Positions 1-12,582 of a DNA stretch of 64,000 nt are shown here, piece by piece. Origin of the DNA: an uncultured Gemmatimonadaceae bacterium (GTDB lineage: Bacteria > Gemmatimonadota > Gemmatimonadetes > Gemmatimonadales > Gemmatimonadaceae); contig CAWFQK010000005.1 of the NCBI GenBank assembly GCA_963817955.1, positions 128,001 to 192,000 of the forward strand, read 5' to 3'. The notes beneath the pieces were generated by a model. It did not search any database, had not been told where the DNA came from, and worked only from the letters and a program-made list of their open reading frames with translations. The first letter of the stretch is position 1. Each line of letters begins with the position of its first letter. The position numbers and the translations under genes are program-made.

Positions 1-2276
1 TCCGGCCCCTACCGCAGCTTCGCGATCCCGGCAACCTCATGCTCGTCGCGGAACAGCCGGCATCGGACCGGTCGCAGCGCGCCTCCGTCACGGCCGGCAC
101 GTTTGCCGATCTGCGCGAGCTTCGGCAGTTCGCGGCGGTCGGCGCACTCGCCAACTGGACGGCCAACGTCGCCGGCTTCGACATTCCGGAGCGCGTCGAC
201 GCCGCGCGGGTCAGCACGGACTTCTTCAAGATGACCGGCCGTTCGGCCGCGGTGGGCCGCACGTTCACCGAGGACGACATCCGGGACGATCGGCGCGTCG
301 TCGTCCTATCGCACGGCTTGTGGCAGCGCCGTTTCGGCGGCGATTCTCGCGTGATCGGCTCAACCGTGCGCATCAACGGCGAAGACCACCAGGTCATCGG
401 CGTCATGCCCGACGACTTCATCTTTCCCGCCGGGACGGAACTGTGGGCGCCGCTCGCGCTCTCGCCTGACGCCGCCGCCGACCGCACGGCGCGCTCGCTC
501 TTCGTGATTGCCCGGCGCGCATCCGGCGTCACACCCGACGGCGCCGCGGCCGCGGTGCGACTGCTCGGCGACCGCATTGCGGCCGATCACCCGGACACGC
601 ACAAAGGCTGGGTCCTCCGTGCGCAGCCGGCCGAGGAGTTCTTTGGCGCCGGACCGCGCCCGTTCATGCTCGTCATGCTCGCCGCGGTGGTGTTCCTCCT
701 GTTGATCGCCTGCGCCAACGTGGCCAACCTGCTCCTGGTGCGCGCCTCGGCCCGACGTCGCGAAATGGGACTGCGCGTCGCGTTGGGCGCCACGCGAGGC
801 CGGCTGGTGATCCAGCTTCTCACTGAAAGCATGCTGCTCGCGCTGGCCGGCGGCGCCGCCGGAATCGTGCTGTCCTGGTTCGGCGTCAAGGCCACCGCGG
901 CGACAGTTCCCCTCGAGGTACAGCGGTACATCCCCGGGTTCGGCGCGATCAAGCTCGACTATCATGCGATGGTCATAGCGGCGGCGGTATCGATGCTGGC
1001 CGGTGTGGCGTTCGGGCTCGTGCCGGCGCTCTCCGGCTCTGCGGTTGACCTGAACTCTGCCCTGAAGGACTCTGGCCGGTCCGAGTCCCGGCGGTCGCGT
1101 CTGCGTGCGTTTCGCAGTGCTCTGGTCTCGGGCGAGATCGCGCTGGCGCTCATGCTGGTCGCCGGGGCGTCGCTGATGGCGACGACGTTCCGGCGCCTCG
1201 CGGTGAGTGATCCCGGATTCCGCACGTCGAACGTGCTCACGGCAAAGCTCACACTGCCCGAGGCCGACTTCCCGCGCGACAGCGCCGTGGTCCAATTCTG
1301 GGACCAGCTCCGCGAGTCGCTTGCCGCACAGCCCGCGATCTCCGCCGCCGAGATCACCAGCGTTCTCCCGATGTCGTGGAACGATCAGCGCATGAGCCTC
1401 TATCCGGACGGAGAGAAGCCGGAGAAGCCGGAGAACGCACCGGTCGTCGGATTCCGGCGCGTCTCGTCTGGATATCTCGGTGCGCTTGGCGTGCCGCAGC
1501 TCCAGGGTCGTTCGCTCACGGACGACGATCGATCGGATTCGCCGCTCGTGGTCGTACTGAGCGAAACAGCGGCGCACCGGCTCTTCAAGGGACGTGAGGC
1601 CATTGGCAAGCGTTTGGTGATCCGTGACCGGCCGGCCACCGTGGTCGGAATCGTGCGCGACGTGCGTGCGAACACGCTCACATCCGACTCACCGACGTTC
1701 GTGGTGTACGCGCCCATGTCGCAATGGCCGTCGCGCACGGCGTCAGTGGTGCTGCGCGTAGCGGCGGGCGACCCGACGGCTCAGACGGCGGCGCTGCAGC
1801 GCGTGATCGGGCGCGAGGATCCGCGGCTGGCCGCCGGAGAAATCTCCACGATGAAACGCGTAGTGGAGACGGTCACCTCGCCGCAATCCGCTACCGCACA
1901 GGTGCTCTTGGCATCGGCGTTCATCGCGCTGATCCTGGCGGCCGTTGGCACGTACGGCGTCATGGCCTACACCATGGCGCGGCGGACGCACGAGATCGGT
2001 GTGCGCATGGCGCTCGGCGCATCCTCGGGCATGATCGTTCGCATGATGCTCGGCGGTGCCGCGCGGATGGCAGGGATCGGCGTAGCGATTGGCCTGCTGG
2101 GAGCGGTGGCGTTGGGACGTTCGATGCAGGCTATCCTGGTCGACACCAACCCGGCCGATCCGACGATCCTCGCCATCGCCGCGTCGCTCTTGGGGGCGAT
2201 CGCGCTCACGGCGGGGTGGCTGCCGACCCGCCGTGCGACTCGCGTGAATCCCGTGACGGCGCTGCGAGCGGATTGA
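1..2276 (+). CDS. ADOP/MacB-like duplicated ABC permease, 5'-truncated by the window edge
   Basis: The frame is open from base 3 (RPLPQLRDPGNL). Motifs LLIACANVANLLL, RRREMGLRVALGA, RRTHEIGVRMALGA and C-terminal VNPVTALRAD. Confidence 0.92.
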   Translation, partial: RPLPQLRDPGNLMLVAEQPASDRSQRASVTAGTFADLRELRQFAAVGALANWTANVAGFDIPERVDAARVSTDFFKMTGRSAAVGRTFTEDDIRDDRRVVVLSHGLWQRRFGGDSRVIGSTVRINGEDHQVIGVMPDDFIFPAGTELWAPLALSPDAAADRTARSLFVIARRASGVTPDGAAAAVRLLGDRIAADHPDTHKGWVLRAQPAEEFFGAGPRPFMLVMLAAVVFLLLIACANVANLLLVRASARRREMGLRVALGATRGRLVIQLLTESMLLALAGGAAGIVLSWFGVKATAATVPLEVQRYIPGFGAIKLDYHAMVIAAAVSMLAGVAFGLVPALSGSAVDLNSALKDSGRSESRRSRLRAFRSALVSGEIALALMLVAGASLMATTFRRLAVSDPGFRTSNVLTAKLTLPEADFPRDSAVVQFWDQLRESLAAQPAISAAEITSVLPMSWNDQRMSLYPDGEKPEKPENAPVVGFRRVSSGYLGALGVPQLQGRSLTDDDRSDSPLVVVLSETAAHRLFKGREAIGKRLVIRDRPATVVGIVRDVRANTLTSDSPTFVVYAPMSQWPSRTASVVLRVAAGDPTAQTAALQRVIGREDPRLAAGEISTMKRVVETVTSPQSATAQVLLASAFIALILAAVGTYGVMAYTMARRTHEIGVRMALGASSGMIVRMMLGGAARMAGIGVAIGLLGAVALGRSMQAILVDTNPADPTILAIAASLLGAIALTAGWLPTRRATRVNPVTALRAD

Positions 2277-2304
2277 AGACGATCTCGGCCCGACCATCCC
2301 AAGA

Positions 2305-2349
2305 ACACCAAGCGGCCGCCGGCGAATGTTGCCGGCGGCCGCTTGGTGT
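2305..2349. terminator. Long hairpin between convergent genes
   Basis: Perfect 19-bp inverted repeat ACACCAAGCGGCCGCCGGC / GCCGGCGGCCGCTTGGTGT. Confidence 0.7.
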
Positions 2350-2408
2350 ATCGCGCCTTACATCGCCGACCGCGGTAGGCTTTAAAGAAGGCGCACGTCG
2401 CCCCCCCA

Positions 2409-3386
2409 TCACCCGCCGTGCCCCGTCCCCGGTCCGCCACTCGTCCGACCCGCAATTCGATCCCCTACCGCCGCAATGAGGATCACCACGCCCAGCGCAA
2501 TCTTCTGCACGTATGGGTCGACGTTCGCCAGATTCAGCCCGTTGGTGAGCACGCCAATGAACAGTGTGCCCCACACGGTGCCGGCAATGGTCCCCCGCCC
2601 ACCCGCCAGCGATGTGCCGCCCACCACCACGGCGGCAATCACGTCCAGCTCGTACTGAAGCCCCGAGTTGGGCACGCCGGCCCCCAGCCGCGACGCCAGC
2701 GTGAATCCGCCAAGACCGGCCACCAGTCCATTCAGCGCATACACGGTCCAGAGCACGCGCTGCGTGCTCACGCCGGCCAGCCACGACGCCTCCGCGTTGC
2801 CGCCCGTGGCATACACGCGGCGGCCGAACACGGTGCGATTGAGCACGAACGCGCCCACCGCGGTCACCACGACGAACACGTACACCGGCGCCGGAATTCC
2901 CAGCGGCACGGCGCGGCCCAGCGCGCCAAATGACGGCGGCAGGTTGCCAATGCTGCGGCCACTCGACACGATGAACGCGATCCCCCGCGCAATGGTCAGC
3001 ATGGCCAGCGTGGCCACGAACGGCTGTACGCGCAGATACGCCACGAACGTCCCGTTCATCACGCCGGTGGTGAGGCCCACGGCCAGCGCCGTGATCGCGG
3101 CGGCCGTAGCCGGCGCACCCGGCACCGCGGCCGCCGCCATCGCGCTCGCGGTGCCGGTGAGCGCCACCACCGATCCCACGGACAGGTCTATGCCACCGGT
3201 GAGGATCACCGCCGTCATGCCCACCGCCAGAATGCCCGTCACCGCGATGCTCAACGCAATGTTGACCAAGTTGCCCACGGTGCCAAACCCCGGCGCGATG
3301 GCGGCGAAGATCGCCGCCTCCACAATGGTCGCCCCCACCAGCGCGTAGTCGGCGGCGCGCTGCCAACGGGCCTTGGGCACGCTCAT
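2409..3386 (-). CDS. Monosaccharide ABC transporter permease (RbsC family)
   Basis: GGIDLSVGS, GRRVYATGGN, YELDVIAAVVVGGTSLAGGRG. Start placed at ATG 3386 (MSVPKA). Confidence 0.93.
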   Translation of the reverse strand: MSVPKARWQRAADYALVGATIVEAAIFAAIAPGFGTVGNLVNIALSIAVTGILAVGMTAVILTGGIDLSVGSVVALTGTASAMAAAAVPGAPATAAAITALAVGLTTGVMNGTFVAYLRVQPFVATLAMLTIARGIAFIVSSGRSIGNLPPSFGALGRAVPLGIPAPVYVFVVVTAVGAFVLNRTVFGRRVYATGGNAEASWLAGVSTQRVLWTVYALNGLVAGLGGFTLASRLGAGVPNSGLQYELDVIAAVVVGGTSLAGGRGTIAGTVWGTLFIGVLTNGLNLANVDPYVQKIALGVVILIAAVGDRIAGRTSGGPGTGHGG

Positions 3387-3396
3387 TCGTAAACGC

Positions 3397-4878
3397 TCAT
3401 TGCACGGTCCCCAGCATGAGTGACGCCACGCGCTCCGGCGTGGCCTCGGCACGGCTCAGGGTAGCCGCCACGCGGCCGTTGCGCATGACCACCACACGGT
3501 CGGACATCCCCAGCGCCTCCGGCAGATCCGACGAGATCACCAGCAGCGCCGCCCCGTCGTCGGCCAGACGGCGCATGAGCGCATAGATCTCCGCCTTGGC
3601 GCCCACGTCGATGCCGCGCGTGGGCTCGTCGAACAGGATGATCCGCGAGCCGGCCAACATCCATCTCGCCAGCACCACTTTCTGTTGATTGCCACCAGAC
3701 AACTGACCCGCCAGCGTGGCGATGGACGGCGCCCGAACGCTGAGCGCTTCGGTCCAGTGCGACACCGCGGCCCGCTCACGGTGGCCATCTATCACACCGG
3801 CGCGCGCGAACCGCGTGAGCGACGCGATCGACACGTTGTCGCGAATGGCGGCAATGAGCACCAGGCCCTGCCGCTTGCGATCTTCGGGCAGCAGCGCCAC
3901 GCCGGCATCGATAGCCTCGCGCGGCGAACGCGGCGCGTAGGGCGCGCCGTCCAGCAGCATCCGTCCGCTGGTGAGCGGCGCAGCGCCGGCAATGGCGCGG
4001 GCCAGCTCGGTGCGTCCCGATCCCACCAGGCCTACCACACCCACAATCTCGCCGCGGCAAAGCGACACGCTCGCGTCGCGCACGGGTCCAGAACACAGGC
4101 CCTCGAGCCGCAGCAGCTCCGGTCCCTGCTCGCCGCGCGCCGCCGGATACCCCGCCGCGAGTTCGCGGCCAATCATGAACCGCACGATGTCGTTTCGCCC
4201 TAGCTCCCTCGCCGGCCCGCTCGCCACCACGCGGCCGTCGCGCAGCACGGTCACGTGATCGGCCAGCCGCGCGATATCGTCGAGCCGGTGGGACACGTAC
4301 ACAATGGCCACGCCCGCCGCGCGCAGTTGCTCCACCACGGCGAACAACGCTTCCACTTCCTCCTGCGCCAGAATGGCCGTGGGCTCGTCCATGATCACCA
4401 CGCGCGCGTCGGCCGCCACGGCCTTGGCAATCTCGGTCATCTGACGCGCCGCCAGCGAGAGCTCGCCCACTCGCGCGTCGGTGGCCAACGACGTCTGTCC
4501 CAGCCGGTCGAGCACCGCTCGCGTGCGCTCGGCCAGCCGTGCGCGATCCACCACTCCCGCCCGCGACGGCTCAGCGCCCAACAGCACGTTCTCGGCCACG
4601 GTCATGTCCGGGACCAGCGTCAACTCCTGGTGGATCATCCGGATGCCGCGCGCCTGCGCATCGCGCGGCGAACGGAATCGAACCGGCGCGCCGTCTATGG
4701 CCAGCGCGCCCGCATCGGGCGACACGGCGCCGGCGAGCGTATGCATGAGCGTCGACTTGCCGGCGCCATTTTCGCCGGCCACGGCGTGCACCTGGCCGCC
4801 GCGAATCTCAATGCTCACGTCATTCAGCGCGAGCACGCCCGGGTACCGCTTCTCGAGTCCCACCGCCGACAGCTGCAC
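3397..4878 (-). CDS. Monosaccharide ABC transporter ATP-binding protein with two NBDs (RbsA family)
   Basis: GENGAGKST, DEPTA, LSGGNQQKV, DEPTRGIDVGAK. Confidence 0.95.
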   Translation of the reverse strand: MQLSAVGLEKRYPGVLALNDVSIEIRGGQVHAVAGENGAGKSTLMHTLAGAVSPDAGALAIDGAPVRFRSPRDAQARGIRMIHQELTLVPDMTVAENVLLGAEPSRAGVVDRARLAERTRAVLDRLGQTSLATDARVGELSLAARQMTEIAKAVAADARVVIMDEPTAILAQEEVEALFAVVEQLRAAGVAIVYVSHRLDDIARLADHVTVLRDGRVVASGPARELGRNDIVRFMIGRELAAGYPAARGEQGPELLRLEGLCSGPVRDASVSLCRGEIVGVVGLVGSGRTELARAIAGAAPLTSGRMLLDGAPYAPRSPREAIDAGVALLPEDRKRQGLVLIAAIRDNVSIASLTRFARAGVIDGHRERAAVSHWTEALSVRAPSIATLAGQLSGGNQQKVVLARWMLAGSRIILFDEPTRGIDVGAKAEIYALMRRLADDGAALLVISSDLPEALGMSDRVVVMRNGRVAATLSRAEATPERVASLMLGTVQ

Positions 4879-4899
4879 GCCCGGTCTCGCTCGCCTCCC

Positions 4900-5871
4900 T
4901 CAGCGCGGCGCAGGATTTAGAGAATCCTTACCGGGCGCCGCGGCGGCGGCCTGCGAGTCCACCATCGTGACCGGTACGGCCACGCTGGCCGCCGGCGTCT
5001 GGCCGCCCAGGTACGCGGCAATGGCGTCAATGGTCTTTTGTCCGATGAGCGCCGGCTGTTGCGCCACATCGGCCCGGAGCGCCGTACCGCCGAGAATGGC
5101 GCGCCGCGCCTCAGGCCCTGCGTCATAGCCCACGATCACCGCATGGCTCTTGTGCGCTTGAACGGAGGCCAGCGTGCCCAGCGCCGCCTCGTCGTTGATG
5201 GCGAAGATGGCACGCACGTTGGGGTGCGCCTGGAGCAGGTCGTCGGCGGCGCGGAGCGACCGGTCGCGCACCCCGGCGCCCTCGAGTTGCGCCGCGAGCA
5301 CGAGCCTGGGATGCGTCGCCAGCCCTTGCGCGAAACCCCGCTGGCGATCGATGGTGGTTTGCACGTCGTTCTCACCAATCACGCCCACCTCTCCGCTGTC
5401 GCCGAGCGCCTTGGCAATGAACTCGGCCGCAAGGCGTCCGCCCTCCACGTTGTCCGACGCGACGTGCGACACCACCGATCCGCCCTGGGCGGCAATGTCG
5501 GCGGTGAACACCGGGATCTTCGCCGCGTTGGCGCGCTCGATGGCCGGCCCAATGCCGCGCGTGTCCACCGGGCACACCACGATGGCGTCCACGTGCTGCA
5601 CCACGAAGTTGTCTATCTGCGCCTGCTGCTTGGCCAGGTCCCGGTCGCCCGACGTCACCAGCACCCGATACCCGCGCGCGGCAGCGGCGGCGCGCAATCC
5701 GCCTTCGAGCTCGCGGTAGAACTCGTCCTCCCGCGTGAGCAGCGTGATGCCAATGGTCTTGGATGCGCTGGCCCCGCGGCCGCACCCCGTGCCGGCAAGG
5801 CCGAGCGCGAGCGGAAGCAGAGCGGTGAGCAGCCGCGTGGAGGCGCGGCGGAGCGTGGGAGTTGACTTCAC
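4900..5871 (-). CDS. Sugar ABC transporter substrate-binding lipoprotein (RbsB family)
   Basis: Lipobox-like LAGTGC; VASDNVEGGRLAAE, IFAINDEAALG, VGYDA. Confidence 0.9.
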   Translation of the reverse strand: MKSTPTLRRASTRLLTALLPLALGLAGTGCGRGASASKTIGITLLTREDEFYRELEGGLRAAAAARGYRVLVTSGDRDLAKQQAQIDNFVVQHVDAIVVCPVDTRGIGPAIERANAAKIPVFTADIAAQGGSVVSHVASDNVEGGRLAAEFIAKALGDSGEVGVIGENDVQTTIDRQRGFAQGLATHPRLVLAAQLEGAGVRDRSLRAADDLLQAHPNVRAIFAINDEAALGTLASVQAHKSHAVIVGYDAGPEARRAILGGTALRADVAQQPALIGQKTIDAIAAYLGGQTPAASVAVPVTMVDSQAAAAAPGKDSLNPAPR

Positions 5872-6001
5872 GGGAGATCTCTGGATGACAGTCTGGGTGG
5901 CGGCACGAAATGGGCCGCTGCAAGCTTCGCACGTCGCCGCGCGGTCTGCAAGCGATTAGCCTTCGAGTGACGAACGGCAATCTTTCTCGGAGACGCGTAC
6001 C

Positions 6002-9000
6002 ATGCGACGGTTTGCAGTGGGCCCCCTGGCTGTCCTCTTCCTCGCCGGCGCGGTCGTCACGCCCCTCGGCGCGCAGCGCGACGTGACGACGACACCGACG
6101 ATTTACGCCGTCGGCTACGCCCACCTCGACACCGAGTGGCGGTGGGAGTACCCGCAGACCATTCGCGACTATCTCGCCCGCACGATGAGCGACAACTTCG
6201 CGCTGTTCGAGAAATATCCCGACTACGTGTTCAACTTCTCGGGCGCCAACCGCTACCGCCTCATGAAGGAGTACTATCCGGCGGACTACGCGCGGGTCAC
6301 CGCCTACGTACGCCAGGGTCGCTGGTTTCCCGCCGGGTCGTCCATGGAAGAGGGCGACGTGAACGCCCCGTCGGCCGAGGCCATCATTCGGCAAATCCTG
6401 TACGGCAATGACTATTTTCGAAAGGACTTCGGAATCGCCAGCGCCGAGTACATGCTCCCCGATTGCTTCGGCTTTCCCTGGTCGCTGCCGAGCATTCTCG
6501 CATACAGCGGAGTGAAGGGCTTCTCCACGCAGAAGTTGGTGTGGGGATCGTCCGTGCCCGATCAGCCCACCACGCCGTATGGAATGGAAGGCAAAGGCGT
6601 TCCCTTCAACTTTGGCACCTGGGTGGGACCCGATGGCCAGGGCGTGCTGGCGGCGCTCAACCCGGGCAGCTACAGCAGCCGCGTGGGCTACGATCTGAGT
6701 CGCGCCGACGCGCGCGACTCCACGGCACGTCCGGCGCCGCCGCACACCTGGCTCGAGCGTCTCCAGGAGAACAAGCAGAAGCTCGGTCTCATGGCCGACT
6801 ACAAGTATTACGGAACCGGCGACGTGGGCGGCGCGCCCAGCGATTCGTCCATCATGTTCATTCAGCGGGCCGTGAGAGACACCGGCGGGCCAGTCAAGGT
6901 GATCTCGGCGCGCGCCGATCAGTTCTTCCTCGACATCACGCCCGCTCAGGCGGCGCGCCTGCCGCGCTACGCTGGCGAGATGGAGTTGCAGAACCATTCC
7001 GCTGGTTCGCTCACGTCTCAGGCATACCTCAAGCGCTGGATCCACGAAGATGAGCTACTCGCCGGGGCGGCCGAACAGGCGTCGGTGAGCGCCGCCCTCG
7101 TGGGCGCCCGTGCGTACCCCATGCAGCGGCTCACCGACGCGTGGACGCTCATGATGGGCAACGATTTTCACGACATTGCCGCCGGCACCGCCACGCCCAA
7201 GGCTTACGAGTACGCGTGGAACGACGCCGTCATTGCCATGAATCAGATGTCGGGCGTGATCACCGACGCGACCAGCGGCCTGGCATCGGCGATGAACACC
7301 AACGCGACCGGAACGCCGGTGGTCGTCTACAATTCATTGAATGTGCCGCGCGCCGACGTGGTGGAGGCCACCGTCGCCATGGGCGGCGCGGCCCCAGCGG
7401 CGGTTCGTGTGATAGGGCCCGACGGCCGAGCCGTGCCGGCACAGCTCGAGCGCTCGGCGAATGGACGGACCAAGGTCGTCTTCCTCGCGTCGGCGCCCTC
7501 GGCCGGCTCCGCCGTGTACGACGTTCGCCCGGCCACGGCCGCGGCCGCGGCAGGAGAGCTGCACGTGAGCAACCACTCGCTGGAGAACGCCCGCTATCGC
7601 GTGGCCATCGACGGCAACGGCGACATCTCCAGCATTTTCGACAAGAAGTACAATAAAGAACTGCTCGCGGCGCCCATGCGCCTTGCGATCAAGGATGACA
7701 CGCCGGAGCAGTGGCCGGCGTGGAACATGGACTGGACCGACGAAATCAAGGCGCCCCGCGCATACGTGGCGGGCACGCCGGTCATCAGCGTTTCTGAAAA
7801 CGGGCCCGCGCGCGTGGCCGTCACCATCGCGCGGCAGAAGGACAGTTCGACCTTCGTGCAGACCGTGCGTCTCGCCGCCGGGGACGCCGGCAACCGCGTG
7901 GAGGTGCACGCGTCCATCGACTGGCACGAGCCGAACGCCGCGCTCAAGGTGCTGTTCCCGCTCACCGTGTCGAACGACAGCGCCACCTACAATTGGGACG
8001 TCGGCACCATCAAGCGCGGAACGGCGTACGACCGCAAGTTCGAGGTCCCGTCGCATCAGTTCATCGACCTCACCGACAAGAGCGGCGCGTATGGCGTGAC
8101 CATCCTCACCGAGAAGAAGAACGGTTCCGACAAGCGCGACGACCACACCATTGGCCTCACCCTGCTGCTCACACCCGGCATCAGCGCCGGCGGCCGCGGC
8201 TACGCCGATGAGTCGTCGCAGGACTGGGGGCATCACGAGCTGGTGTACGGCATTGCGGGCCATGCGGGCGACTATCGCGCCGCGGGCACCGATTGGCAGG
8301 CGTGGCGCCTCGACGCGCCGCTCATGAGCTTCACCGCGCCCAAGCACGGCGGAGCGCTGGGCAAGCAGTTCTCGCTGGTGCGCGTGTCGAACCCGCGCGT
8401 GCGCGTACTCGGGTTCAAGCGCGCCGAGCAATCACAGGAATACATCGTTCGCGTGGTGGAGCTCGACGGCAAGCCGCAGCGGAACGTGCGCCTATCGTTT
8501 GCCGCGCCCGTTGCCAGCGCGCGCGAGGTGAACGGCCAGGAACAGCCACTCCCCGGCGCGGCGACCATTGCCGGCGGTGCGCTCGTCACCCTGCTCGAAC
8601 CTTTCCGCGTACGCAGTTGGGCCGTTACGTTCGGTGCTCCATCGGCGCATGCGCGCTCGCTCGCTTCACAGTCCGTGGCGCTTCCGTACGATCTCGCTAC
8701 GGCGACCACCGACGGCATGCATTCGACGGGCGGCTTCAACGCGAGCGGTGAAGCGCTGCCCGCCGAGATGTTGCCGAGGACTCTGGCGTTCGACGGCGTC
8801 ACCTTCACGCTGGCGCCGGCGAGCAGCGGCGCGGCCAACGCCGTGGTGGCGCGCGGGCAGACGCTGACCCTCCCTGCCGGCCGGCACAGCCGCGTGTACG
8901 TGCTTGCCGCCTCGGCCAACGGCGACCGGACCGCCACGTTCCGCGCCGGCGCCACGCCCGAGGACCTCACCATTCAGGATTGGGGCGGCTACGTGGGCCA

Positions 9001-9472
9001 GTGGGACAACCGCCGGTGGACGCACGTGAACCCGACCGCCGCCGAGATCGCGCAGGCTCAGGCGCAGGCCGCGCAGCGGCAGGCCCAACTGCGCGTGCGC
9101 ATCGACTCGCTGGCACGTGCGGGAGGCGACACCACCGCGCTCGCGGCGCAGTTACGTCGGGCGGCGGCGGGACGCGGCGCGCCGCGCGGCCACGAGGAGT
9201 ATGCGGGCCTCACGCCGGCGTTCATCAAGCCGGCGTCCATCGCCTGGTACGCCTCGCACAAACACACCGCCCAGGGCGCGAATGAATTTTACGACTACTC
9301 ATACCTGTTTGCGTATGCGATCGACCTACCGCCAGGGGCGACCACCCTCACCTTGCCCAACGATGACGCCATTCGGGTGTTGGCCGTGACGGTGGTGGAC
9401 GGGCCGGCGGGGGTGGTTCCGGCGGCAGCGCTGCATGATGTGGTGGGAGGTCGGGCGGCGGGCCAGCGGTAA
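6002..9472 (+). CDS. Secreted GH38 alpha-mannosidase
   Basis: Signal peptide; AHLDTEWRW Zn motif, LPDCFG nucleophile motif, YGTGDVGG, NDFHDI. Confidence 0.92.
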   Translation: MRRFAVGPLAVLFLAGAVVTPLGAQRDVTTTPTIYAVGYAHLDTEWRWEYPQTIRDYLARTMSDNFALFEKYPDYVFNFSGANRYRLMKEYYPADYARVTAYVRQGRWFPAGSSMEEGDVNAPSAEAIIRQILYGNDYFRKDFGIASAEYMLPDCFGFPWSLPSILAYSGVKGFSTQKLVWGSSVPDQPTTPYGMEGKGVPFNFGTWVGPDGQGVLAALNPGSYSSRVGYDLSRADARDSTARPAPPHTWLERLQENKQKLGLMADYKYYGTGDVGGAPSDSSIMFIQRAVRDTGGPVKVISARADQFFLDITPAQAARLPRYAGEMELQNHSAGSLTSQAYLKRWIHEDELLAGAAEQASVSAALVGARAYPMQRLTDAWTLMMGNDFHDIAAGTATPKAYEYAWNDAVIAMNQMSGVITDATSGLASAMNTNATGTPVVVYNSLNVPRADVVEATVAMGGAAPAAVRVIGPDGRAVPAQLERSANGRTKVVFLASAPSAGSAVYDVRPATAAAAAGELHVSNHSLENARYRVAIDGNGDISSIFDKKYNKELLAAPMRLAIKDDTPEQWPAWNMDWTDEIKAPRAYVAGTPVISVSENGPARVAVTIARQKDSSTFVQTVRLAAGDAGNRVEVHASIDWHEPNAALKVLFPLTVSNDSATYNWDVGTIKRGTAYDRKFEVPSHQFIDLTDKSGAYGVTILTEKKNGSDKRDDHTIGLTLLLTPGISAGGRGYADESSQDWGHHELVYGIAGHAGDYRAAGTDWQAWRLDAPLMSFTAPKHGGALGKQFSLVRVSNPRVRVLGFKRAEQSQEYIVRVVELDGKPQRNVRLSFAAPVASAREVNGQEQPLPGAATIAGGALVTLLEPFRVRSWAVTFGAPSAHARSLASQSVALPYDLATATTDGMHSTGGFNASGEALPAEMLPRTLAFDGVTFTLAPASSGAANAVVARGQTLTLPAGRHSRVYVLAASANGDRTATFRAGATPEDLTIQDWGGYVGQWDNRRWTHVNPTAAEIAQAQAQAAQRQAQLRVRIDSLARAGGDTTALAAQLRRAAAGRGAPRGHEEYAGLTPAFIKPASIAWYASHKHTAQGANEFYDYSYLFAYAIDLPPGATTLTLPNDDAIRVLAVTVVDGPAGVVPAAALHDVVGGRAAGQR

Positions 9473-9494
9473 AGGTGAGGCGGTTCGCCTGACA

Positions 9495-11690
<2,196 letters not shown>

Positions 11691-11868
11691 TGACTTGGGA
11701 GTCCCGATGGTGGACGCACCGTCGTGCGGCGGACAGCGACTCGCGATGCCGCGGGCCGCTGCCTGACGCTATTGCTGGAGACGCGCGGCGTAAAGGGAGT
11801 TACGGCTGAGCGCGGTGTGGGGGGCGGAGGATTCGGGGGGGGGATGCAGCGCTCGGGAAAGCGAGGCG

Positions 11869-11904
11869 TACGCCATTGACGTGTATACGCCTTTGGCGTA
11901 CTAT
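11869..11904 (+). promoter_or_regulatory. Sigma70-type promoter of the TA operon with overlapping operator palindromes
   Basis: TTGACG (11876-81), 17-bp spacer, TACTAT (11899-904), ATG 7 nt later. Palindrome TACGCC-ttt-GGCGTA (11886-900) and an imperfect copy TACGCC-att-GACGTG (11869-83). Confidence 0.8.
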
Positions 11905-11911
11905 GTTTGTC

Positions 11912-12223
11912 ATGGAACTGATTGAGACGTCGATCTTCACGAAACAGGTGCAAGCGGCGCTTTCGGACGAGGAGTACCGGGCCTTTCAGCTTCATCTCAT
12001 CCTTCGCCCCGACGTCGGACCGGTCATTCCGGGCTCGGGTGGGCTTCGCAAAGTGCGATGGCAACTCGCCGGCCGCGGAAAACGGGGCGGCGCGCGGGTG
12101 ATTTACTATTGGCGAACGGCGCAGAATCAGATCGTTCTCCTGTTTCTCTACCCGAAGAACGTCCGAGCGACGTTGACGCCCACTGAGCTGAAGACGTTGC
12201 GGGAGCTCGTCGGCGATGAATGA
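11912..12223 (+). CDS. higB: RelE/HigB-family toxin
   Basis: IETSIFTK, IPGSGGLRKVRW, GRGKRGGARVIYY, LFLYPKN; toxin-first gene order. Confidence 0.88.
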   Translation: MELIETSIFTKQVQAALSDEEYRAFQLHLILRPDVGPVIPGSGGLRKVRWQLAGRGKRGGARVIYYWRTAQNQIVLLFLYPKNVRATLTPTELKTLRELVGDE

Positions 12224-12240
12224 CCTAACTGGAGGGAAGC

Positions 12241-12582
12241 ATGCGCAAGGAACTCTTTGACCAACTCGTGGCGAGCGTGAAGGAGATGAAGGAGATCCAG
12301 GCCGGTCGACGGACGCCCGCGCGCGTCACGCGGGTTGAGGACCTCGTGGCACAGGGGACTCCAGACGTCGCCGCCCTGCGGGCCCGATTTCGCCTCAGCC
12401 AGGCGAAGTTCGCTGCGCTACTTGGGATCAGCGTCGACACGCTACAGAACTGGGAGCAGCACCGACGGCAGCCAGACGGCCCGGCGAAAGTGTTGCTTCG
12501 TGTGGCGGCGGCACATCCCGAGGCGCTTTTGTCGGTCGCCCAACCCACACGAAAGTCGCGGACGAAACGAACCGCTGCTTAG
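12241..12582 (+). CDS. higA: HigA-type XRE helix-turn-helix antitoxin
   Basis: LSQAKFAALLGISVDTLQNWEQHRRQPDGPAKVLL; GGAGG RBS; directly downstream of the toxin. Confidence 0.88.
   Translation: MRKELFDQLVASVKEMKEIQAGRRTPARVTRVEDLVAQGTPDVAALRARFRLSQAKFAALLGISVDTLQNWEQHRRQPDGPAKVLLRVAAAHPEALLSVAQPTRKSRTKRTAA

Noticed and set aside
5901..5915. Sigma54 promoter for the GH38 gene
   Set aside because: GG-N10-GC spacing is present, but the -12 element is GGGC rather than TTGC, which is too weak in GC-rich DNA.
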